DNA of 32,000 nt, from assembly GCA_025839675.1 (NCBI GenBank), contig CP104013.1:5340001-5372000 (forward strand), given 5' to 3'. Shown one piece after another: positions 1-9,099 of the stretch; positions within the stretch are counted from its first letter, which is position 1, and the number at the start of each line of letters is the position of its first letter. The notes under the pieces are model-generated. The model was not told the DNA's origin and ran no database searches. It saw only the letters and a program-made list of their open reading frames with translations. This DNA comes from Candidatus Lokiarchaeum ossiferum. Its GTDB lineage: Archaea > Asgardarchaeota > Lokiarchaeia > Sigyniarchaeales > Promethearchaeaceae. The position numbers and the translations under genes are program-made.

Positions 1-1
1 T

Positions 2-124
2 GATCAACTGAACTTATGTAAGATTTTTAAGATCGAACTGGGCTTTCATCAGAAGGTGATACGAAGAGATTGGGGTAAAAATATTACCATTATTGCAAGA
101 AAATCTGAAACTGATCTAATATAG
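2..124 (+). CDS. 3' end of an unidentified protein gene entering from the left edge (partial)
   Basis: Frame 2 is open from the window edge (DQLNLCKIFKIELGFHQKVIRRDWGKNITIIARKSETDLI) to a TAG at 122-124. A long oligo-T tract lies about 75 nt downstream. No family is recognisable from 40 aa. Confidence 0.3.
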   Translation, partial: DQLNLCKIFKIELGFHQKVIRRDWGKNITIIARKSETDLI

Positions 125-198
125 TAAAAAATTTCATATTTTGAATTGAAATTTCGTTTATTAAATTAATAATAGAGTGATTCATCACTTTTCCGTTC

Positions 199-215
199 TT
201 TTTTTTTTTTTTTTT
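199..215 (+). terminator. T17 homopolymer, likely an archaeal oligo-dT terminator for the upstream + strand gene
   Basis: Uninterrupted run of 17 T read directly from the sequence. Archaeal RNA polymerase terminates at oligo-dT tracts. On the minus strand it reads as poly-A, so it is not a terminator for 223..993. Confidence 0.4.
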
Positions 216-222
216 CTTTCCT

Positions 223-978
223 TTATAATTGCAATTTATTCAGAATTTCTGATTTGTTTTTATTCTGGATAGTTATGGGGGATGATCGTGTGGTAGTGAT
301 CATCCAAAGCATTACGCCAAGTAAATAGGCCCATTCTGAAATTGGCATTAATTTCCCTTGATTAATGAATTGAATAAGAAATATTATTAAAGCAATGTCT
401 AAGAATAAATGAACTAGGCCTGCGAATATCATTTCTAACTTATAATTTTGTGAAAAATTGATATTCAAAATCGAACCTCCGTTGATATCTCGTAGTTTTT
501 TAAGATTCAAGAAGAAATAAATATTTGCCACTAGACAAATTCCCACAAAAGTGATACCGGCAAAAATGCAATGAGGAATTTTAAATTCTGCTGGAAATAT
601 TCCAACAAAACTAAAGGTTATGGATGAAATTGATCCTGTAATTAATAGAATTTGAGAAGCAATTGGTGTTCCTACGCACATGATTTGGGATAAATATAAT
701 ACATGTGGCAGAAAAAGGATACCTGCGCAAATAATGCCTAAATTCCACACTTTTTGACCTCTGGGATTTAATAAAAGTGATCCTTGATCGCTAATTGTAT
801 TTTTAAAAATGGAGTAAGGTCTTGAAAAATTGATTTGCGCGTATGTGCAAACAGTAATAATTAAAATTATTATACTAAATACAAAAGCACTATGAATTGT
901 AGGGTTAGTTTTGACTTTTTTAATTACATTTTTGCAATTCAGAAATACCACTGTTTTATTAATTGTTAGACTTTCCAT
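223..978 (-). CDS. multi-pass membrane protein, function unknown (weak DUF998-like motif)
   Basis: Long ORF with about 6-7 hydrophobic segments. The motif YSIFKNTISDQGSLLLNPRGQKVWNLGIICAGILFL resembles the ISxxG loop of DUF998-type membrane proteins. The track start at 993 is GTG, and ATG at 978 (MESLTINK) is more likely. Confidence 0.6.
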   Translation of the reverse strand: MESLTINKTVVFLNCKNVIKKVKTNPTIHSAFVFSIIILIITVCTYAQINFSRPYSIFKNTISDQGSLLLNPRGQKVWNLGIICAGILFLPHVLYLSQIMCVGTPIASQILLITGSISSITFSFVGIFPAEFKIPHCIFAGITFVGICLVANIYFFLNLKKLRDINGGSILNINFSQNYKLEMIFAGLVHLFLDIALIIFLIQFINQGKLMPISEWAYLLGVMLWMITTTRSSPITIQNKNKSEILNKLQL

Positions 979-1040
979 AATTATAATTCTCACAGACTAA
1001 TTGTCTTATATTATTGAATAGAAAAACTATTCATTTAAAC

Positions 1041-1113
1041 ATTATAGTAATTTTCTCCGCAATTTATTCAAGAATAACGAAATATGCAGGTATTATAGTA
1101 ATTTTCTCCGCAA
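1041..1113. repeat. two perfect 22-bp direct repeats (ATTATAGTAATTTTCTCCGCAA) spaced 51 bp apart in a divergent intergenic region
   Basis: Copies at 1041-1062 and 1092-1113 are identical by direct reading. They lie between the divergently oriented genes 223..978(-) and 1201..2043(+). Confidence 0.9.
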
Positions 1114-1200
1114 ATTATGATATGAAAAATTAAAAATCATATTCCCTTTTTTTTATTGTATTTTTTTATTTTAAAATTGTGAGTGGATGTTGATCAAATA

Positions 1201-2043
1201 ATGAAAATTGAATTTCGAGAAGCCAAATCAATCATAACCAAGAGTAATATACCTTCAATCGACTACGTCATTAACCCGTACACTGGCTGTCAACATGGTT
1301 GCATTTATTGCTATGCTGAATTCATGAAACGGTTTACTAATCACAAAGGGGACACCTGGGGGGAGTTTTTGGATGTCAAAATCTATCCTTGGGAAAAAAT
1401 CAAACCGAATAAATATGATGGGAAAGAATTGCTTTTGAGTTCTGTGACAGATCCTTATCTCCCCTTGGAAAAACAACATGAAAATACGCGTAAAATATTG
1501 ACTCATTTAAAGGATACTAATGGGAAAATCTCGATATTAACAAAATCCCAATTGGTTTTACGCGATTTAGATCTATTTAAAAAATTTAAGAATATCGAGG
1601 TGGGAGTTTCTTTGAATACTTTAGATAGTAAGTTCGCACGCAAAATTGAACCTTTTGCGTCTCGCCCGATTGATAGATTAAAAGCTTTGGAACAAATTCA
1701 TCAAGCTGGAATAAAAACCTATGTATTTATATCTCCAATCTTTCCTAAGATCACTAATTTTCAAGAAATTATGGAATATTCGGCAAATTATGCAGATTCT
1801 TTCATGTTTGAAAATTTAAATTATCGACCGCATAATGTTGGAAGAATTTATGATATAATTCAAGAGACTCGTCCCGAGCTTCTTGATTTTTATAAGACCC
1901 TTCGAAAAGATCAATCCTATTGGGAATTATTAAAAACAGAAATTGAAGTTTATTGTAAACGCCATCAAATTCAAAGCAAAATCGAGTTTCATCATGGTGG
2001 ATTCACTAAGGATAAGAAAAAGATGAAAATTCCTTCAAAATAA
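1201..2043 (+). CDS. radical SAM protein, SplB-like (COG1533, the 'DNA repair photolyase' group)
   Basis: INPYTGCQHGCIYCYAEF contains the CX3CX2C radical-SAM cluster motif in the context typical of SplB-like proteins. The track start is GTG at 1183; ATG at 1201 (MKIEFREAKSI) is the likely start. Confidence 0.8.
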   Translation: MKIEFREAKSIITKSNIPSIDYVINPYTGCQHGCIYCYAEFMKRFTNHKGDTWGEFLDVKIYPWEKIKPNKYDGKELLLSSVTDPYLPLEKQHENTRKILTHLKDTNGKISILTKSQLVLRDLDLFKKFKNIEVGVSLNTLDSKFARKIEPFASRPIDRLKALEQIHQAGIKTYVFISPIFPKITNFQEIMEYSANYADSFMFENLNYRPHNVGRIYDIIQETRPELLDFYKTLRKDQSYWELLKTEIEVYCKRHQIQSKIEFHHGGFTKDKKKMKIPSK

Positions 2044-2566
2044 TGCTTTATGGCCAATACTATTTTTTGATCAGAGTTGGTTCAACGAAGCATAAAACAC
2101 CCCTTTTTTCTTAATTTTCTAAATTTGGCCACAATTCAATCGTGTTATCACAGAAAGTAAATACATTTGAAATGATAAACAAATTCATGAAGTGATTACT
2201 CCATATCGATAATCTCATGATCTTTTTCAAGTTTATTTGAGAATAAATTTTGCAAAACCAATGTACTAATTGCACGATAATAATATGAAAAATGTATTTA
2301 TCATTCCATCATTTTATATATTTATCGTCCCTAAGTATCATATTGAGAGTCATTTTCAAAAATAACTGAATGAAAAACCAATGGGACAATTTTTTTTTTT
2401 TACTTCGTTTTCATAAGAAATTATTCCAACAAAATCATTATGGTTTTAATTTCGAGAATAGAGTCCAAAATATGCTCCTATTGAACTAATCTCATAAGAA
2501 AAAAATCTCTCAAAAAACCAAACGGTAAAGAAGAAAGAATTAAAAAAATGTATTGTTACCAGGAAA

Positions 2567-3217
2567 TTACATATCTAACTCTTTTTTGAGTTTTTCAATT
2601 TCATCCTTGAGTTGATCCTTGGATCGTAAATTACTGTCAGGTTCTTCATCATCGTATAACGACATACTTTCTATTCGAGGTTCTGGAGTATCTGGCAATT
2701 GACCAGCATCTTCTAGCATGAGTTCAGTTTCCAATTGGGAAAGTTCATCATCAATATCTACACCCATATCCATTTCTGGATCCCCTGCAAATAGTTCACC
2801 TGCTTCATTAATTTGGTCGATGCTATCTTCTGCTTCTTCGGTTATTTCTAAAGCTCGCTCAGCATTAACTGTCACTGCAACATCTTTTAATTCAGTTGCG
2901 GAAGCTTCCATTGTTCCTGCAACATCTTTTATCACGCCTGCTTGTTCTAAAGCATCAAGATGCCGTTCGCTACGCATGATCATTGCATTATATTGCAATA
3001 CTTTTTGCTGATATTGCTTGTAACGAATGAGCATTGTCTTTGAGGCTTGCTTATTTCCTGCTTTGAGAAATTTTTTTGCTTTGACTTTGCATAATTGAGC
3101 TTTATTCTCATAATCCTTGATTTTGAGGTCTAATTTATGAGTTAACGTCTTAAGACGGGCTTCAGTGGTAAGCTTGTCCTTCTTTTTATCCTTTGGGAAG
3201 AGTTTCTTAAATACCAT
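2567..3217 (-). CDS. ESCRT-III subunit, Snf7 family (Vps20/32/60, CHMP4-like)
   Basis: The basic N-terminal helical hairpin contains AKKFLKAGNKQASKTMLIRYK (compare yeast Snf7 ARIFLTKGNKVMAKNALKKKK). It continues with MRSERHLDALEQAG and then an acidic half (DIDDELSQLETELMLEDAG) ending in a terminal amphipathic helix. ATG at 3217 (MVFKKLFPK) is preferred over TTG at 3229. Confidence 0.85.
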   Translation of the reverse strand: MVFKKLFPKDKKKDKLTTEARLKTLTHKLDLKIKDYENKAQLCKVKAKKFLKAGNKQASKTMLIRYKQYQQKVLQYNAMIMRSERHLDALEQAGVIKDVAGTMEASATELKDVAVTVNAERALEITEEAEDSIDQINEAGELFAGDPEMDMGVDIDDELSQLETELMLEDAGQLPDTPEPRIESMSLYDDEEPDSNLRSKDQLKDEIEKLKKELDM

Positions 3218-3308
3218 AATTGGTTTCAACTATATTATATTATAATAAAAAGGTAGCAATTGGAACTTTAATAGTTTTAGGAGGCCAAAAATTTTCCGTG
3301 GATTAGCC

Positions 3309-3947
3309 CTAATTCAAGGCTTTGTCGCGACAATAATCTTTGATCGCTTCTATTCCCTCTTCAAGAATATCAATTTCTTTAGTGGGTAAATTGCAATTAT
3401 CCATCCTGATTTGAACAAGAGATTCATAGCGATGAAGATTTTCTAATTCAAAAATGGGATTATTTGATAAATTTAAAGATTTTAAATGAGAAAACGCACA
3501 ATCTGGTATTTTTGTGATATTGTTATATGATAAGTCCAAAAATTCCAAATTTTTTAATAATCCAAGTTCATAATATGATTCTAATTGGTTTTCAGATAAA
3601 TTTAAAGAGATTAATTTAGTCAAAGAAATCATTTGTTCTAAAGCAGACGATTTGAGCTGGTTTCCACTGAGATTTATAATTGTTGCATTTTGGCATCCAT
3701 CAATATTGCGGAGTTTTTTTATCCGGTTAGAAGGAACTTGAATTTTATTAAGGTGGGGAAAATTCCCAAACTGTCTGGGAATTAAGGCCAATCCAACAGA
3801 AATTAATTGTATTTCAATCACATGTCCATTTGAAACGCTATAATTGAATCCGAAAGAATTATCTAATATATTCATTATGCTTTGAATACTGCGCCTTTCG
3901 TTGACGTCTTTGATTAACTTCAATTTTAATTTGGGATTGAAAAACAT
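3309..3947 (-). CDS. leucine-rich repeat (LRR) protein, SDS22-like 22-residue repeats
   Basis: About 6 consecutive LxxLxLxxNxL units, e.g. LISLNLSENQLESYYELGLLKN / LEFLDLSYNNITKIPDCAFSH / LKSLNLSNNPIFELENL. The track start is TTG at 3956; ATG at 3947. Confidence 0.85.
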   Translation of the reverse strand: MFFNPKLKLKLIKDVNERRSIQSIMNILDNSFGFNYSVSNGHVIEIQLISVGLALIPRQFGNFPHLNKIQVPSNRIKKLRNIDGCQNATIINLSGNQLKSSALEQMISLTKLISLNLSENQLESYYELGLLKNLEFLDLSYNNITKIPDCAFSHLKSLNLSNNPIFELENLHRYESLVQIRMDNCNLPTKEIDILEEGIEAIKDYCRDKALN

Positions 3948-4259
3948 CTCGCTCAATTTGATTTTATGTTTATTACTTTTATAATTTGCTTATCACTTTT
4001 CATCAAGAGATTCAGACAGAACATAATACTAAGGACTGCAGATCCAAACCAAAATTTTCATTAATGAATTCTACAATTAATGGTTTAGGTGTCCTAAATA
4101 AAAAGGTCAACTTTATATGTTGCTTCTTTTTCGAAATAGAGCACCCCATGGTATCCTCACTCACTGACAAGAATATGGACTATCTTGGAAAATCCGTTTT
4201 ATCCTAATTTTGAAAAAAAATGAGATAAAATTTTTAACCAGATTTAGTTTCAAAGAGAC

Positions 4260-5141
4260 ATGAAAACACGTATAATTAATCTCGCGGGATTTTCATTGAT
4301 TGTGCTTTTATTGTCTAACACTCTAACTTCTGTCGATGCTGTCACAAATTTTCCAACTTGGGTGCCACAAAATACTGATATCGAAGATTTTACCTTACTA
4401 TGGAATGAAACCACTTATTCTGAAAATTTTATTTGTAGTGAAGCTGAAAATCTATCGGTTTATAGCCAAGTGTGGTATAGAAACAATTCACAAGACGAGA
4501 CGGTAAGTTTTATTGCATCGGCTATCACTGATTTAGATTTAGATATTCTAAATGAAAAGTTAAGCTGGCAGATGAATCTACTTGTTGCAATTGGTTTTCC
4601 TGAATTTACAGGTAAGACATCTTGGGATTTGTTTATTTTTATACTTAACCAAACTTATGGGGAAATGGGAGAAGTTACCAGTGAGCTTGCTAACTGGGAA
4701 GCTGCTTATGAGTGCAATACTACCGGGTCTATTTTCAACTATTTCATCATCGGTATGGTTGATGAGTCCAAAATGGCTCTTAGTTTTGCCCTTGAATTAA
4801 ATTCGAACTATTGGTGGACACTTTTGGATGATCAAATGGGACAAATAATAGGTGGGATTGTGTCGACATTATTGAAACTTGCGGCTTTTATTTCCACATT
4901 GGGAATTGAATGTCCCGAATCCAGCGGGGATCCTGCTGTTCCAGTTTCTCAAATTTCAAAAGGGGTGATTGAAGAATCGCAATACACCAGTCGGGAAGAT
5001 ATGGTCGATTTCAATTCAAAAATGGGCACTTTTATAAACCCAAAAGCCGCAATTCCAGGGTATTCTATTGGGATCATGGTTGGGACATTCCTTTTAATCT
5101 GTCCGATTTTGTTCGTTATTGAATTTAAGAAGAAACACTAA
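4260..5141 (+). CDS. secreted or surface protein with an N-terminal signal peptide and a C-terminal PGY-TM-KKKH anchor
   Basis: The N-terminus MKTRIINLAGFSLIVLLLSNTLTSVDA looks like a signal peptide. Several NxS/T sequons are present. The C-terminus is IPGYSIGIMVGTFLLICPILFVIEFKKKH (motif, hydrophobic helix, basic tail). Confidence 0.6.
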   Translation: MKTRIINLAGFSLIVLLLSNTLTSVDAVTNFPTWVPQNTDIEDFTLLWNETTYSENFICSEAENLSVYSQVWYRNNSQDETVSFIASAITDLDLDILNEKLSWQMNLLVAIGFPEFTGKTSWDLFIFILNQTYGEMGEVTSELANWEAAYECNTTGSIFNYFIIGMVDESKMALSFALELNSNYWWTLLDDQMGQIIGGIVSTLLKLAAFISTLGIECPESSGDPAVPVSQISKGVIEESQYTSREDMVDFNSKMGTFINPKAAIPGYSIGIMVGTFLLICPILFVIEFKKKH

Positions 5142-5192
5142 TAGATACAAATTTAAAGATTGGTTCTATTAAAAAAAATCGTGGCATCTTTC

Positions 5193-5204
5193 TTTTTTTT
5201 TTTT
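5193..5204 (+). terminator. oligo-T (T12) terminator candidate
   Basis: T12 run about 50 nt after the stop of 4260..5141. Confidence 0.4.
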
Positions 5205-5415
5205 CTCTACATTTGCCATAAAAATTCGTTTTTTTCCGCTTTTGCCACAAATTTTACCCGAATTATATCTAATATGTAATAATTGGTGGTGTAGACACAT
5301 ATATTATCACGAAAGAAGGCAATTTAGTGTATTAATATAATAACTTGAACATCTTTTCAAATAATTCAAGGAGTAGAAAGTTAAACACTTAAGTCCCCAA
5401 AAGTAAGGTATATCT

Positions 5416-6927
5416 ATGGAAAATTTCACAATGGTGGAGAAGTTGGTTGAATCGAAGATCGTGAGTACCATCGGTCCAGCCACGTCATCTGAAGAGATGC
5501 TCTTGAAATTGCGTAATAAGGGTGTTGATGTCTTTCGAATGAATTTCTCACATGCTTCACAAGATTATGCCAACGAAACGGGTCTTTTTCAACGAATTCG
5601 AACTGTTGCACCCGATCTTGCGATTTTATGTGATATTCAAGGTCCAAAAATTCGAATTGGCCAAATTGAAGGGACGGTTTTATTATCGCATGGAGATGAT
5701 TTCTACTTATACGAAGAATCAATTATAGGTGATAATACAAAAGCTTCAATTTCATATAAAGGATTTTATCATGATGTTGAAATCGGTGGAAAGATTTTCA
5801 TAAATGACGGGTTAGTCTGTTTAGAAATACTTGAAAAAGATGATAAAACACGATGTGTTAAGACCAAAGTTATTGCTGGTGGGCCCATTTCTTCAAGAAA
5901 AGGGGTCAATATTCCTTCCGGGCATCTAAGTACCGAAAATCCTACAGAAAAAGATCGTCGTGATCTTAAATTTATTGCAGCATTGCAACCGGAATATGTG
6001 GCAGCCTCCTTCATTGCTAATGCTGAAGAAGTTCGGACTATTCGCAAAATTCTGCAAAATGGAGGTGCATCAAGAACTAAAATCATTTCTAAAATCGAAA
6101 GACCTATTGCTCTAACGAATTTTGATGAAATTTTAGATGCTTCTGATGGAATTATGGTTGCTCGAGGAGATCTTGGCGTGGAAATTCCCGCGGAAGATGT
6201 ACCTATGAGACAAAAAGAAATGATCTTGAAATGTAATCGTGCGGGAAAGCCGGTTATAGTTGCAACACAAATGTTGGAATCCATGACAACTAATCCTGTC
6301 CCAACACGGGCTGAAGTTAATGATGTTTTTAATGCCGTTTATGATCGAAGTGATGCCGTCATGTTATCTGGTGAAACGTCTGTTGGAAAATTTCCCCTCG
6401 AAGCGGTCGCATACATGGATAAAATTATTAATAAAGCAGAAAAGTTCATACCTCCCCTTGCCCCGGAGAAGATTGATTCTGAAGAACCTAAGATGTACGA
6501 AGCCATTGGGCATGCTGTCTACGAATTAGCTAATGTATTCCAGAAAGTAAATTTTCGTGGAAAAATTGTTATGTTTACTAAGGGTGGAAAATCTGCTCGA
6601 AAAGCTGCTAAATATAGGCCTGAATTTTCAATACTTGCTATTACTCATGATAAGGTGACTTCTCGGCAGCTTCGGCTTGTTTGGGGTGTACAACCTTTCT
6701 ATATTCCTTCCTTAAATATGGAAGATTGGCAATCCGAAGAAATTATGCAACATGGAATTCAAAAATTGGTTGAATATGGGATGCTTGAAATGAAAGAGCA
6801 TGTGATTTGTACTGTCCCTTCACGGATAACTCCGGGTCGTTCATCTATTATTGGACTCTACTATGTAGAAGATATTCTAAAAGGGTGTAATATATGTCCT
6901 CAAGAATATAAACCAATTTGGAGATAG
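5416..6927 (+). CDS. pyk: pyruvate kinase
   Basis: Family-diagnostic motifs run across the full length: IVSTIGPATSS, FRMNFSHA, DIQGPKIRIG, IISKIERP, MVARGDLGVEIP, ATQMLESM, PTRAEVNDVFNAV and DAVMLSGETSVGKFP. Confidence 0.95.
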   Translation: MENFTMVEKLVESKIVSTIGPATSSEEMLLKLRNKGVDVFRMNFSHASQDYANETGLFQRIRTVAPDLAILCDIQGPKIRIGQIEGTVLLSHGDDFYLYEESIIGDNTKASISYKGFYHDVEIGGKIFINDGLVCLEILEKDDKTRCVKTKVIAGGPISSRKGVNIPSGHLSTENPTEKDRRDLKFIAALQPEYVAASFIANAEEVRTIRKILQNGGASRTKIISKIERPIALTNFDEILDASDGIMVARGDLGVEIPAEDVPMRQKEMILKCNRAGKPVIVATQMLESMTTNPVPTRAEVNDVFNAVYDRSDAVMLSGETSVGKFPLEAVAYMDKIINKAEKFIPPLAPEKIDSEEPKMYEAIGHAVYELANVFQKVNFRGKIVMFTKGGKSARKAAKYRPEFSILAITHDKVTSRQLRLVWGVQPFYIPSLNMEDWQSEEIMQHGIQKLVEYGMLEMKEHVICTVPSRITPGRSSIIGLYYVEDILKGCNICPQEYKPIWR

Positions 6928-6934
6928 TATAAAT

Positions 6935-6964
6935 TCCAAATTTGGACCTTTAGGTGTTTTTTTT
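6935..6964 (+). terminator. 12-bp perfect palindrome (TCCAAATTTGGA) followed by T8, terminator candidate for pyk
   Basis: The palindrome is at 6935-6946 and T8 at 6957-6964, starting 8 nt after the pyk stop codon. Confidence 0.45.
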
Positions 6965-7301
6965 AAAGATTATCTGCTCCATCATTTCTTTTTTTTCCAT
7001 TTCAATAGAACAATCTTCTAAAATCTATTTTTTATTCTTACTCAATTTGATTTCGTAGATCTAATATTAATATAACCAAGAAGTTGACTTAAAAATAAAA
7101 GAATTTTTTAGTGCAAATTCCAAAAATATACGATGATTTGCTGTAGTAAATGTATTAATTCAATTTTGTTTACTTTTTTTTTATTTAAGTTTAACGATCT
7201 CTTTTTTCTTTTTTTTCAACAGAAAATAATGAATTTTGAATAGCTTTTTTTAATTACCAAAAGGAAATATTATTTGTAAAAAAATTAAAAAAGGGATATC
7301 T

Positions 7302-8507
7302 TTGTGGAAAGAAGTTGAAAAATTCGAAAAAAGTGGAGACACTGACAAACTTATTAAGGTGTCTGTATCAGATCTAATAGAAATTCGCGAGAACTTAATT
7401 GATTTCGAATGGAAAGCTATTAAGTATGAAAAGAAAATATCAGAACTTTCTAAGAACCAAACTTCTGAAATGAAAATTAGGTCAGAAAAACAAGATGAAG
7501 CTTTAAATCTAGTGAAACAGAAAGAAATTGATGAACTTAAAAGAATGATTGAGGATAAAACTCAACTTATTGATACTCTAAATCAAAAAATATATTTTTT
7601 AAGCACAGTTGTAGAGATTGATCAAATAGGTGTATCTGATCAAGGTGCCCACATTGCTATAGATACGGAAATTCGAGAGCGGGATGCTGAAATAATAAAA
7701 TTGCAGAATATTATTTCGGATTTGGAACTTAATAATCGTTCAAAAGATCTCAGTTCCCTTGAAATTCAATTAGAAAAATTAAAGAAAGATGCTCAGACTC
7801 AAATTGAAATTTTAGAATTGAAAAATCAAGAATTATTTAATGCTAAATCTTTGGTGGAATCTCAGCTTGAGAAGATAAAAAAAGATATTCAAGTTCAAGC
7901 AGAAATCCTAGAATTCAAAAATCAAGAATTAGTTGATGCTGAAACAAAAATTAAATCTCAAAAAGCAGAGTTTAATCAAGCATTGATTGAATTTGATGAA
8001 GAAAGAAAGAGAATGGTTCATGATCTTGCTTTGCAGAAAGAATCTTCAAGTACTGAGCAGAATATGCAAAAATCCGCAATGAAAAAGATTGAAACAGAAA
8101 ATAATTTGTTACAAGACAAAATTATTCAAAAAGATTTGAAAATTGAGGAGCTAAATCGTGTTGTTACTAAGTTCAAATTTCAGACTCATTCTGTAGATCT
8201 TACTGAAATGGCCAAAAAAGATGAAATGATTGCTCAGCTGAAAATTAGTTTGAAAAAGGCAGAATATAAATATAACGAAAGTCGAAGAAAAATTGAAAAG
8301 TCTCAAATTCAGCAATCCCATGTATCTAAATTAAGACAAAATGCAGTATGTCCTGCAAAACGTAATCAGATCATTTCTAAATCGAAAGAAAATGATCCAT
8401 CGATAGCCTTGTTTCAACAAGAATACACAAGTATGGTTCGGAAAACTAAGCAGATGAAAGGAATATTTCAGCAAGATGGTCAATCCAATAACTCCGCTTT
8501 TAAATAG
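7302..8507 (+). CDS. coiled-coil protein, unknown function, with an internal 32-aa tandem duplication
   Basis: Heptad-like K/E/Q/L-rich sequence throughout. The only in-frame start near the 5' end is TTG at 7302, so the start is uncertain. T8 at 8540-8547 follows the stop. Confidence 0.6.
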   Translation: MWKEVEKFEKSGDTDKLIKVSVSDLIEIRENLIDFEWKAIKYEKKISELSKNQTSEMKIRSEKQDEALNLVKQKEIDELKRMIEDKTQLIDTLNQKIYFLSTVVEIDQIGVSDQGAHIAIDTEIRERDAEIIKLQNIISDLELNNRSKDLSSLEIQLEKLKKDAQTQIEILELKNQELFNAKSLVESQLEKIKKDIQVQAEILEFKNQELVDAETKIKSQKAEFNQALIEFDEERKRMVHDLALQKESSSTEQNMQKSAMKKIETENNLLQDKIIQKDLKIEELNRVVTKFKFQTHSVDLTEMAKKDEMIAQLKISLKKAEYKYNESRRKIEKSQIQQSHVSKLRQNAVCPAKRNQIISKSKENDPSIALFQQEYTSMVRKTKQMKGIFQQDGQSNNSAFK

Positions 8508-8763
8508 GGGTCAAAGATCTTTACTTACATTCATCTTTCTTTTTTTTATTAATATTTTTTGAAGTGGGATCAAATTGATTCTATGCAAGTAATTCCATTC
8601 TTTTATTTGATGTTTTAGGGAAAGATAAGTTTTCATAAATCAATTTTTTTCAAAAACTCTATAGGTGTGCCATCTGCATCCTATTTTTCTTGATTGTGAT
8701 TAACAAAATTTAAAACTAACAAAAAGCAACTGTTAAATATTAATATTATTCTGGGCAAAGAAA

Positions 8764-9033
8764 ATGGCAGATAAAGTATGTACTGAATGTGGCGGGAAAA
8801 GCTTCCGAATTGTGTCTGATGAATGGATGAAACGAACTTTCCGATTTGTTGAGAAGGGTCAACTTAATATGTGCGATGGATGTGGTGCAAAATTCCTTGT
8901 GTGCCCTAAATGTGGTGATTTATTAACGCGTGTGCACCCTGCTTTAGAGAAATGGGAAGTTGATGATACTTGCAAATCCTGTGGCTATGTTGATAAAGAT
9001 ATAAAAGCCTGGGATGGTGTAAGTGCTCGATAA
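8764..9033 (+). CDS. small zinc-ribbon protein (4 x CxxC), paralog 1
   Basis: CTEC...CDGC...CPKC...CKSC gives four CxxC pairs, enough for two predicted Zn sites. It shares CGAK, C-KCG and L-RVH with the next gene. Confidence 0.65.
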   Translation: MADKVCTECGGKSFRIVSDEWMKRTFRFVEKGQLNMCDGCGAKFLVCPKCGDLLTRVHPALEKWEVDDTCKSCGYVDKDIKAWDGVSAR

Positions 9034-9099
9034 TTAATGAAAAATTACATTCAATCTTTTTTATCTATTTGTATGCATTATTTGGGACTCTGAATTAAA

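Noticed and set aside
2044-2566. An unusually long (about 520 bp) convergent intergenic region, examined for a tRNA, C/D-box sRNA or other ncRNA.
   Set aside because: I found no GC-rich island, no cloverleaf-compatible stems and no convincing C (RUGAUGA) / D (CUGA) box pair. Only loose AAAACCAATG recurrences are present. I cannot support an RNA gene without covariance-model searches (Infernal/tRNAscan-SE).
2718-3011. 97-aa Ser-rich ORF antisense to the ESCRT-III gene.
   Set aside because: It is low-complexity SSSS/ASS sequence produced by reading the acidic E/D-rich ESCRT-III region backwards, so it is a shadow ORF.
3986-4207. 73-aa + strand ORF in the intergenic region between the LRR gene and the secreted-protein gene.
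   Set aside because: It starts at a TTG, has no motif and shows odd composition. It occupies the probable promoter regions of two divergent genes and is probably non-coding.
5769-6284. 171-aa ORF antisense to pyruvate kinase. Other ORFs overlapping pyk are 5426..5722 (antisense) and 6320..6529 (same strand, different frame).
   Set aside because: It lies entirely inside a confidently identified gene on the opposite strand or in another frame. Its Ser/Ile/Arg-rich composition has no motif and is typical of shadow ORFs.
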